A program made the position numbers and the translations under genes. Positions 22,029 to 34,000 of a stretch of DNA of 64,000 bases are shown here, piece by piece; within the stretch, counting starts at the first letter, position 1, and each line of letters begins with the position of its first letter. The stretch spans positions 146,705,036 to 146,769,035 of the forward strand of contig NC_085842.1 of the NCBI RefSeq assembly GCF_035594765.1. The letters are read 5' to 3'. The DNA comes from Anolis carolinensis (Eukaryota). The notes beneath the pieces were generated by a model. The model saw nothing but the letters and a program-made list of their open reading frames with translations, did no database searches and was not told the origin of the DNA.

Positions 22029-25000
22029 TCATTTCCCATATATAGTATGAAGCTTCTCAATGAGGAACATCTTATCTTCTCCTTCCTGGAATAGAGGTAT
22101 TTAAGGTAAGTAAAAGAAAAGTGACATTCTTGAAAGACCAAAAGGATGTACCATAAGTCTGAAACTAATCTGCTCTGCAATCACTTGTCTTATGAGTCAG
22201 TGCAAGAGATTGTGTTTGTTTCTTTTTCTTACTATGAAATGAAAGATTTGGATCAAGAGATTCTGAATATTGCACAGATCCAATATGAAAGGTGCACTGC
22301 ACCTGCAGATCTTTATGGGTAGACACTTAGCATGCATGTCTTTAATCTGTCAATGAAAATTGGGCCACCAACTGCATCTTTGTTACAGTGTTGTTCCTAT
22401 CCAGAGTACTTTTCATTTTACTACAGCAGTGACTTTTACTGTGACACAGCATTCACTGACAAAAAAAAACAATTGATGGAGTACTGCCATTTATTTTTGT
22501 TTCAATAAAACCCAAGGCTAAAGGGCTTGATGTTCTCTGGTAAGAGACTGGCCCTGCTTTGCACTTGGCACTCACGTTGGCAATCTGCTCCTTCAGGAGG
22601 GTGATAATTCTTCGTTGACCCTGCACCACTTGAATGTTGAGGTAGATCACAGCTCTGTAAATCATAAGGATATGGAATATGAAGATTATGCTGAGAAGCT
22701 GAGCAATACGTATGCAAAAAATCCCAATATGCGGAAAAAATTGCTAAATGAATCGCCCACAGAAGTATTGTTTTAGTCCAAATTCTCCACACAGAGGAAG
22801 GCAATGTTCCCAGGTATTGGGTACACCTAAAACACTCATTTGGATGAGTATTTTGGCCTCTCAGCCACTGTGAGCTACATGAAGCCTGTTTACTTAAATC
22901 TGTGTGACTGGACAAGAAGCAACTTGTTTGTGACCACTACAATTACACAAATCGGATTTTTTTTATAGCAGCCTAAGGTGCCGTTGGGCAGACCTCAAGC
23001 TTGCAATATTTACTTAGGTCTTCACTAGAACTCAAAGGTCCATCAGCCTGAACAAGGTTCAAAATAGTGGACAGGGAATTGTAAACAAATGTTTGGTTGG
23101 TTTGCAGCACCAGGAACTGGAGTACATACAGAAATCACCTCCTGATTCCCCTAAAACTTTTAGCACTCTTAATAGAGAACAAGCAGGGCAGGAAAATTAT
23201 TTACTGCTTTTCTACAAACCATTACTATCAGTAGATTGAAATATACACTGTGATTGCCCCTTGGCATTAACAGGACAGGAGAAAAATACTTATGTTCTAT
23301 TTACTGGCACTATTTTCTGTTTCATTAAGAAAAAATTGTTTTAGCAAGTTCTATGAGTCAGCGTCACCAAGGAGGTGCCTCAGCATCAGCTTTTCAAAAA
23401 AGTACCAATAGCTCGGAGAATTTGCTTATGTTGCATTAGGCTGAGAACGGGGCACAAAAAACTTATTTATTATATGACAGAAATATTCCATGTGAACAAT
23501 GTTACTGCCAAACTACTCTGTATATTCTAGACTGTGGTAAGGACAGTGCTTATAGTTTTTAGGTGTAAACAGACAGTGGAGTCCTTTCAACTTACAGCAA
23601 AATTCCAGAAATTAAAAACAAAAAGAAGCTATTTTGGATCAGATGCTGATGGATCCAGGTAAACCAGGTAAGGTTTGGGCTAGATTGCTCTAGATCCACT
23701 ACCCATGTCTTCCCAGAATCATAGATGGTCTCAAAAGTTTGGAAGGGTCCACACATCTCTGAGGGTTTTACTCTGAAAACACAAAAAGAAAAAAGAAAAA
23801 AAAGATGAGCATGAAAGGACTAATCAAAAGAGTGTTATTCTACTTGGCACATCTAATGAAATATATATATCAACATACATACACAACCTTTCTACATTAA
23901 TACACAGGGCAAAGGCTGTAATTAATATACAGTGTGTGCATGTGTATATGTATCTGTATGTGCATATTTGACTATGCACAGGACATGTTTGTGTCTCTCT
24001 GTTTGTATGTATATTACTATATAGTAAAAAGAAAAGCAAAGATCCCAAAAAGATACACGCGTAGGATAGTTCTTATTTCAGATGTAAAGGGATGACAAAA
24101 CTAGAATTACACAAATGTAATGGCTGAAGGTTTAACACGCAATGTCTAGAATGCAGATGCAGCAGATGACATTTTCCCTGAAGATCTACTCACGCCCATA
24201 TAGTGTAGGAGAGGAATATGGAGGCACCCAGGAATGAAGGGAAGCACAACAAGGTGATGAAGATGGTACTCATGTGGGATGCACGCCAGGGCTTACTGGG
24301 AGACTGGCAATTTCTCATCAAACTGGCCTAGGAAGAATATAGTAGGCTAGAATTAGATCACCTCTAAATGAAACTTAACTACACATTGAGGAAGACTGGA
24401 CACAACTACACCTTCCTTGGTTGCTCCACATCTCCCTTACGGGGTAACACACACCTAGACCCTTGCATAAAATAAAGCAACTTGGGGCTGATTCTGGATG
24501 GGAAAATCACCAGCATAGAAAGGGATTTGTCACTGTATTTCTCTCCAGAACTGCAGTCTCCCAAGGTTGTTTACATTTTTTTAACACCCCAGGGTTTTTA
24601 CTACAAAACTTAACATGTAACTTAGCCCTTCTCAGCACACACAAAGCTGCTTCCTGTTGGCCTAAGATTTATATTGGATTTGTATTTCCTTTATTTGTTT
24701 CCAGCAGATCCAGAGGTCCTGCTCAACATGGTCGTACTCCACCCCCCTCCATTTCCAGTTATTTCTATAATCCTTCCTTTTGCTCAGACTGCTTGACTGC
24801 AAATAGAAAAGCCACTACCTTCTTTATATAAAACAAGAGCAGCAACTTGAGGATCTGAACAGCAGGGAGGAGTGGGGCAAAGAAGACACCCAGCCTAGAA
24901 AAAGAAAAGTGAGGTGGATATTATTAAATCATTTAGCTGTATTTTCCTCAGCATCAGAAAGACTGACATGTTCTACTTTGGGAAGGAAGGCAAGGGCAAC

Positions 25001-28000
25001 TGTGCTGGAAACTGAGGACCTTCTCTATCTACATTTATTGCTATAGGCTTGCTAAGTTAACTAGCAAATGTCCACTTACTACTGCATATCCTAATTTATA
25101 AGTCTAGAAATGTTAGTTTAAAAATTGACCCCAAAAACCTGTTTTGACTTATTCATGGGTCAATGTAAGTACTGTGCCTTCACTCTTATGGACATGAATC
25201 TTCCCCTTCTCTGAGCAGCTTGGAACATACACTTGTTTATTTTTGAGCTTCCACTGGATTCCAACCAAATATTTTCAGGCCTCTATCAACTACATTGTAA
25301 AATAAAACTGATTTAAAAAAAACTGTCTCAAGAAAACTAATCTGGGCCAAATATTCTGTAGTTGTATTGAAGTTTATCAATGCACCGTTCTATCTACAGA
25401 TTATCCTGACCTGCTGAAGGTATTACAGAAGGAGATACACATGGAACCTAGTGATCTGGACAGTTTAGGGGAGCTGGATGTCATGGACTGTGTTCCAAAT
25501 TATGCACCAGGAAGTTTAATATAAGCAATCAAAGAGGAAAGAAGAACTGGCTCAAAACAATCTGAAGTTCTACACAGATGGCTTCTCTTTTAATCAATAC
25601 ACAGACTGTACATCAACTGTGTTTTTTTCCTGAAAAGCTTGCACCTTCCTGTAATGGTTTTTATATAGTAGAATTATCTACTATAATGTTCCGACTTATG
25701 GCTCTCTTTGGAAATAGTTTGAGAAAAGCAACTAAAGTGAAATGTTTCATCTTGCCTCCTCACAGGCATGAAGAAAGGACATATTCATGCTGATTCCCAC
25801 ATGCTACTTTTATCTTTATTTGTTACCCAGTATCCTTCAGAGACTGGGCAACAAATATCATTAAAATGTCCCTCTTTCTTTAGAATGCCCTGTTATGATC
25901 TCAGGCAGGGGAAGTGAAGGGCCACTGTTGAAAGATCTACTTAGAAAAGCTGTAAGAAGAACTATAGCTTTGTGATAGTGTATGAACTGTAAAGCACCCT
26001 GGTTTCAACATCCTTTCCGAGGTGGCCAGATCAGAGTTCCTTAAAATTCCAGGCATTTGAGTAATATTGCTCTTTGTATGGCAAGGGTGGAGATGCTGTT
26101 GGACTTCAGCTCCCACCAGGTATGGTCTGCCTAGAAAATGCCTAAGCCTGGTGAGAGCCACATCAGAAGGACCATATGTTTCCTGTCCCTTGTATAAATT
26201 GAACAGTTCAGTGATATTTTTATATATTTTTAATTCATAATGTATTTTAATAGTTTTAACTATTTATGTGCTGTTTTATATTGGTTTATATGGGCATCTA
26301 ATTGTTGCCACTGTTGTAAGCCGCCCTGAGTCCCTTCGGGTGAGAAGGGCGGGATATAAATGTGAGAAATAAATAAATAAATAAATATTGCATTGTTTTG
26401 TATGCAAAGGGTTTGGGATTCAAACCCTGACACCTCCAAATGTCATTGTAGGAGACAACAGTGAGCTAGTTCGACCAGTGACTTGACTCAAGGCAAGGAA
26501 GATGCTTATGTTAATTTGTCTCAGAAGCCACCTCGAACACTTCTTATGACAAAGGATGCACATGCTTTACATAAATAAGCATATATTCTGCGCATCCTCA
26601 GACTTTTGTCCAAAAATAGTTTAGTATTTTTATCTTCAGAAGGAAGTAAGCAAATTAAGAACAAGAATGGCAAAAGAGAGATGCTGTGATTTAGCAGAGA
26701 ATGGGACTGAAAATTTCTTACCAGGTCAGGGATTGTCCATAAATCAATTCCAGCACATTTCTAGCAATGTCAAACTCCGGTCTCTGTTTACGTTGCAGCT
26801 TCTTCTCTAAAATCACTCTAAATAGCAGAGAGAAAGAAAATGTGTCTGACTCAACAATTAAATTGTAAGTCTGCTCTTAGAATCTATCAATTAAGAAGTT
26901 AAGAAGCCCTCATTATGATAGTACACAAACACATATTCTTTCCCACAGATGCCTTTTCATTCCCATTCCTTTTTATTCAACAACCCAGAGAAAGTCACCC
27001 TATTTCTACAGGGCTTGCCCACCAAACAGCAGAAATGTCTGTTAATGCTCCAGAGCTCCTGCCATGAGGTTCAACCCACAAAGTTTGTATTAGTGTGAAG
27101 CTTTTTACTGGAGCAGCATAATGTTTTGGTGGGGGGATAGCTTAGCCCTAACCTATGTTCATACCAAAATAAGTCCAACAGCCTGCAACATGACCAGTTT
27201 TAGGGCTGCAATGCAGTGGGACAACCTCCATATGTCATGCAGCCAATAGCAAACCTCCCACCAACATCCCAAGATCTATCATGGCTATGTACAAAAGAAG
27301 ATGTGCTTTATTCTTTTTGCACATGTGAACAATAAGTGGTGATGAGGAATTCTTATGTGTCTTACTATCCCTTAGATTGTCGGCTGCAAGTGAACTCAAG
27401 TACATTTTGTCTGCCTGAAGTGACACTGTGTACAGTCTCCAATGATCTTGGGGAGGGAAAGTTAGATTACATTTTGGTTTGAGGGAAAAGGAGTTTCCTG
27501 AATGTTACCTCCACATCAGCTCTCCAAAGAAAGTGTCCAAGAGGGTGAAAATGAAATCCATCACCACCAAGCGATAGAGCTCCTGCCCTACAAAGGTCTC
27601 CCAGCACTGTGGAAAAAAGATAAGAGCCCTCTGAATCAGAAGAAGCAGAAGAAAGGGCATCTTCTTTACCACCCTTGGAGCCCCTTCCATAGTCCTCACA
27701 GGGGATAAATGAGCACCAAACAATACATACGTGTGCAGCAACTAATTTCTGACAATACCCATGTGTTGAACTGAGCAGATTTGAAGGGCCAATTGTCTTG
27801 AAAGGAGACATTGGCAAAAAAAAAACCCTGTTCAGTTTTTCCTGCCTTGGGCGATTGGACATGAAATGTATAAAGGTTTTCTTCCCATATAGATCTACAT
27901 TTATAATTCTTCATTAGCCTGGATCTTCTTGGACCAAATGCAAGAGGTGTGTGGTGGTGACCTGCTCAAAAGTAGAACTATACCAGTGTTTCCACTTCCA

Positions 28001-31000
28001 CTCCTACTGGAAATAGCTTGAAGAACTCTTTCCCAGTGCTCTGTATCAGGAGAAAGTGGCCAAGGAGCTAACTAATGCAGGTGGATGTGTCCCGGGGGGA
28101 GACTGGGACCATAACAGGAAGTCAACACGGGCGCTGGACATTAGCTGTTTACTTCTATGTTATCAATGTATGAGAGAAGGGGAAAGATATGGCCTGCCAC
28201 ATGTTGCTGAACTTCAAGGCCTGTCACCATTGGCTGTGCTGATTAGGGATCTCTTCACATGGGGCATTTTTGCCAATTTTTGCCGTTTTTAATCACTGCA
28301 AATGACACACGGTAGGCCCCACTCACATTCCTCCCAAAGTGGAGAAGCACTGAAAGGCGCTTTCTCCTCCACTATGGGGAGGAAAGTGTTGTTTGGGTAG
28401 CTCCAACACAGCAACCTGCACTTTCCCTGGAAATTTCCCCTGGTGATGGCAGAAACAGTGGTGGGGCAACACTCATTGCCACCCTTTCTGCCATTTGATG
28501 GGGGTGGGAAAGGGTACCAAAGCATCTTGTCCCCTACATTTAATGTGGGGAGGAAGGCATGCGGGCCGCCCCAAGCCACGATGCATGCCTTCTTTTTCGC
28601 TGGCACAATGGCACAGTCGTGTGAACAGGTCCTAAGGCTGATGAGAAATGCTGTCCAAGAACATCTGACTACAACATCTCCCATCTCCGTTCTAGAGCTC
28701 TTCCCTAATTTTTTTTCTCCCAGTATCTCATGGGATGGATGCTTTTGCTTTTAAAATCACAAACATAATAGTCTATGCTGGATACATCCCAGCTCAGCAG
28801 AAAGAGCTTTATTGATCTGAGAGATCTTTTTACTTGGCAGAATGAGGAACCTCCTGCCTCTGGCTTTTGAAGCGGGAAGGTTGCAATTGCTGCTGCGTGA
28901 ATGCAGAAATGCTAACCAGCCCCAAATAACAAACAGCTTATCCTTTTGTTCCACAGATACACCATACTGTTTAGTTTAGCACTATCACTGCAATAGTTTG
29001 ATTACAGAGCCCCATCTGTAATTAGCAACAGAAAAAGCTGCTGACATCAATGCCCTTTTCCCTTTCAAAAAGTTGCTTTTTGTGACTACAGCTGAAAGTC
29101 ATGAGCAATCTTGGGGGAAGCTATCTGCGTGCCCACAGCAGTGCATACAGAACTAACAAGAGTAGGGAAAGACTCTTCTGTTCCAAGCATTCAAAGCTGC
29201 TTTGTGTATTTGGCCCATTGTTTAAACAAGTCACAAGAGCCTAGTCCTCATCATCTCTGGAGCTATTCCAGCAGCACAAAGCTTAGGGGTTACAAATTCC
29301 CACTGACCTGAATCTTTGAAGAGGTCACTTCCCGACTCAGCCAGTGGTAACAGAGCAGGCCTAGAATGACCATCTTAAGAATTAAGTTCCTGCAGACGAA
29401 AGAAGAAAAGAGTTTCTAGATCAAGGTAACTGGTGTCCCTGATTTCATCACATAAATCCTCTTATTATTAGGAGCAGGAGGAACTCTACCACTTTCAAAG
29501 CTGAAGAACTGTGAAAAGGAAAAGGATGACTCCCCGTGTTATAAACTGCAAATCTGTAGGGTTTAGTGGTGCAAGCTGTCTTATTCATTTATCTGCAACT
29601 GTGGCATTGTTATACCTAAGTAACCTAAAGGCACCAGATCCTGTCTAATCTTGAGTTAGCCCTGATTAGTACTTGGATAGGAGACTGTCAGTGAAAACCA
29701 GATATTGCAGGCTATAATATACACAGATGCTATAGGCTCTATTTCAGAGAAAGGAACTAGCAAAAGATACATAGCTTTGAATATTCATTGCCTGAGAAAT
29801 CCCAGTGAAATTCATGGGGGTAATCAAAAGTCAACAGATAACCGAAGGCACATATATACACATGCAGATTCTTCAAACGAGTTCAGCCTCTTTCTCTGTA
29901 AAGTTATCCTTAGAAAAACTCTGACGAATAGGTCAGGGCGACAGACAGGGAGCGGGCCAAAGTCACTCAGTAATTTTGTGGCTCAATGGGGAGTAGGATT
30001 TGCATCTCCCAAATCTGAGCAAAACAATGTAAATCTTCATGTTCCACTGGTTCCATTCTAAAAGGACTTGTGTGTCTATTCTTGTGCCAGACAATGTTTT
30101 GGATTGTCCAGACTGAAGTGGTACTGAGGGATGGTTCTACTTTGCAACACAGTGTTGAAGTAGAAACCGTTTTTTGAGTTTTTGATTAAAAAAACTAGTG
30201 AAAATGTAGTAATGGGACCAAAACAATTAGCTCTATTTGCCTGAAAACTACACCATCAAACAAAACATTGGAGAAAGCAGAAGCCACCCGATGGAAGAAA
30301 TATTTGTCATTAAAAAGTAAGAGTAATATTCCATCTTGACTTCTCCATAGTAATGATTTGTCAGTCCAAAGTAATGAAAGTTACCAGCTCAATAGATAAA
30401 AAGCAAGCCATTTTCTATAACCATTAAACTCAATCAATATGCTGTTTAGGTATTGACTGAATTTCCCGCTTTGCAAGAAAACCAGTAAAGATGTGAATAT
30501 TGCTTATATGTCTTACTGATATGATAAATCTGGGTATATAAAAGCCTTCAAGAACCAGCTGCATAATAGATAATTCATTGAATCCAGCAGTTTCTGCCTC
30601 TATTTTGCAGTCTCTGTCCTAGACAAGATGGGCACCAAGCACTGGCATCATTAACCCATCTATGACCCATAATTGGCTTCCTCATACCAAACCACAAAAT
30701 GAAATTCAGCAACAAATTCAGTGTTATTACTTCTTCCTTTTTTCTGCAAGACCCAGAAATGGCATGTTCTACTTTATGGCTGCTGCCTTGATCCCTGATG
30801 CTAATACCCAGGTCCATGGCTGTCGATGGTGCTCAAATCCCTTTCTGGTACAGTGTAGGCAGGAAAGATATAAACTACTACAAATAGAAAAGAGAAACAA
30901 GATGTAATATGTCTCCCTTAAATCTGTGTTGCCTGCCTTATAAAAATGGGGCACTGAGATTATCTTGGAGAACAGATTTGTTCAGTGTTCTTCTTGGAAA

Positions 31001-34000
31001 AAGTAAAAAAAGAAAGGAAAAGGGTCTACAAATCCATACAAACCGGGGGACAACCTCAACACCTAGACTTCTGCTGGCAATGGCCAACACATACAAACTG
31101 CAGAAGTAGCAATATTCCCCATCCCCCACTTCATTTTAACTGTCAGGCTTTGGGTTACCTGCAGATAGCAACATACACCTCTAGGACTGGAGACTCCTGC
31201 TTCTCCCAAGCGGCCAGGAGGTTGTACATATATGGCACCAACAGGTTTATCAGAGACACCAGCAATGGCAGGAACAGCAGGAGGGCTTCTTTGCCAACAC
31301 GGTTACTTGCTGAGAACTTGTCCTGGTGAACCTGGGGAAGAGAAGGAATTGCTCTGTGGGCTGCTTTGCCCTCACTTCAAAAACCATTTAGCTGGGAATT
31401 CTCTCAGTGCCAACTAGCATGTGCTGACTTGTTCATACAGTAGTCTCACTTATCCAACATTCGCTTATCCAATGTTCTGGATTATCCAATGCAGTTGGCC
31501 TTTTAGTAGTCAATGTTTTTGTAGACAATCTTTTCAGTACATTGGTGACGAATTCGTAAATACAATAATTACTACATAACATTGCTGTGTATTGAACTGC
31601 TTTTTCTGTCAAATTTGTTATAAAACATGATGTTTTGGTACTTAATTTGTAAAATCATAATGTAATTTGATGTTTAATAGGCTTTTCCTTAATCCCTCCT
31701 TATTATCCAACATATTCGCTTATCCAACGTTCTGCCGGCCCATTTATGTTGGGTAAGTGAGACTCTACTGTATTTAACAAAAGCTGAGTTGGACATAACA
31801 GAACAAGATTTAAAAGAACCTTTCCTGTGACATTACAAGACACATGGCAGGCATCTAAAGAAAATGGTGAAGGCCACAGCAGTACTGCAATGTCTAAAGA
31901 GTTTATTTTCTGGAACGTAGCCATTTACGTATCAGAAGTAGCAGGCTGCTGCTGTTGTGGCTGATTACGGAAGTTCTTGGCCTCATATGTGTTTCATACT
32001 AAAATAATGTAATAATACAATACAATAATGCAATAATGTAAATAATACAGCCCCATATCCACGAGACCCATACCCATATTTTCATATACCCACATTCAAT
32101 AAAATATGCTATCTCTAGGAATTTTCTAGGACCTTCAGGGCAACATGCTTGTGGACAATTTCAATAGAAAGGAGGAAACCATAAAAATGAACAAAATCTG
32201 GCTACCAGTATTTTAAAAAACTCTAAAAGCAGGACAGTAAATAAAGAACACTCAGAAAACAAAGGAATTCCAAACATGAAATAAGTAGGGCCAGCTAACA
32301 CCTCCCAACAAAGGATTACCCCAGGCAGGAAGCAGCTAGACTTTGAAGCTGCAAGTCTATTCAGGGCTAATCAAAGTGTCCAATTGCAATATTCACACCT
32401 GCCTCAATCAGGCAAGAATTCTTCTCGCACCCTGGACATTCCACATATATATAAACCCCTTTTGCCTAGTTTCTAACAGACCTCATAACCTGCCATAGAT
32501 ATGGTGAAACGTCAGGAGAGAATGCTTCTAGAACATATCCATTCAGCCTGGAAAACTCACAGAACCCCATTTCAATAGGACACACTACTATTCATAATTT
32601 CTTGTTTCCACAGTAAGTTCAGAACCATATCCTCCACAGATGCCGGGGACTGTATTGTATTCAAAAAAATCCACACTGAATGTCTATTATAACACAGAAG
32701 AAAGCAAACTGCTGTTAGGTCAGCCATCAAGGTACCACCAGATCCTGTCTTTGGAAGAAATCTAGAACTGTAGCTCTGTGTGTAAAAGGCAACCCTTCAA
32801 AAAATAACTCCTACAGAAATACTTGATCCTATCTATTCATGTGACCAGAAACTTAGCCTACAGCAGAGGCTACGCATTCCCTCTTCTGCACCCAGCAAGG
32901 GACTCCAACTGCCAGAAAACTCACTCACCTGGTGGCTGTACTCTGAGAAGTAGTAAACACCAATGGCACAACCCAGAACAACACCCAGGGATACGGCCCA
33001 GCATATCAACAGGATGGCCATCCTTTGCAGTCTCTTACACAAGTTTAATGGATTCGATCTAGCCCAGTGTTCAGCCAGACACTCCTAAAAAAACAGAATA
33101 AACCCAAACATCAGGACAATATGTTAGAAAAAGTCCTAAAATATGATTGCCTAGGCCAGTGGTTTCCCAACCTTTGGTCTTCCAGATGTTTTGGACTTCA
33201 GCTCCCACAATTCCAAACAGCTGGTGAGCTGGCTGGGGTTCCTGGGAGTTGAAGTCCAAAAAACCTGGTGACCAAAGGCTGGGAACCACTGGCCTAGGAA
33301 GTCAAGGATCACAAAGAAGCTAAACTGCATCTTGAGGCGATGGTGCAGAGACATGTTGACTGTGGGATTCTGGGCATAAATATTTCAAATTCTGTGAACC
33401 CCAATTACCTAAGTCTTTAGAGGAACTCAAGTCAGTGATTCTAATGTGCTTCTGTCTAGAGTGAGATTTTTATATATATATATATATATACACACACAAC
33501 ATAAGGTAAAGGCAGAACTATTTTTGTTTTTATCAGATAGTTTGGAAAGTTATCAACACCATAGCCCAAGATGCTTTGGATATGCCACTGCCTTGGAACT
33601 TCTTTGTACGTATTTTCTGTGGCCCTGGAGCCAAAAATGCAGGCATTTGGTTTCTGGAGTCCTCTTATTCTATCTATTCAGGGGACCAGTTTCCTACTTC
33701 ATTTAATTGTTGAATTTCTATAGCCTTGCCTTCAGCTGAGTGCAGATGTTTTCACTCTGAAGTAGGACGGAGCGTTTCTGGATCACCTTGTAGTCCCAGG
33801 CACAGAAGACCTTAACAGCCAGCTCCCCTGATGCACTGCCCACTCGGTAACTCTCCCCAAAGGAGCGAGACATACTGAAAAGGGAATATACCATACCAGA
33901 CTATATGATTAGGAATGCCTTTTTTAAAAAATCCTGTAAGCAAAGTCCTATACAATCTTTCCATTTTAGCTGAGATCCAATAAAATGGATCAGCAGTAGT

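Noticed and set aside
29620-29712. Functional 5S rRNA gene
   Set aside because: It has an internal deletion, many substitutions and an attached retroposon tail, so it is a SINE head.
31929-31998. Possible extra TMC6 cassette exon (AG...GT bounded, open frame)
   Set aside because: At 70 nt it is incompatible with the phase-0 flanks and shows no TMC similarity.
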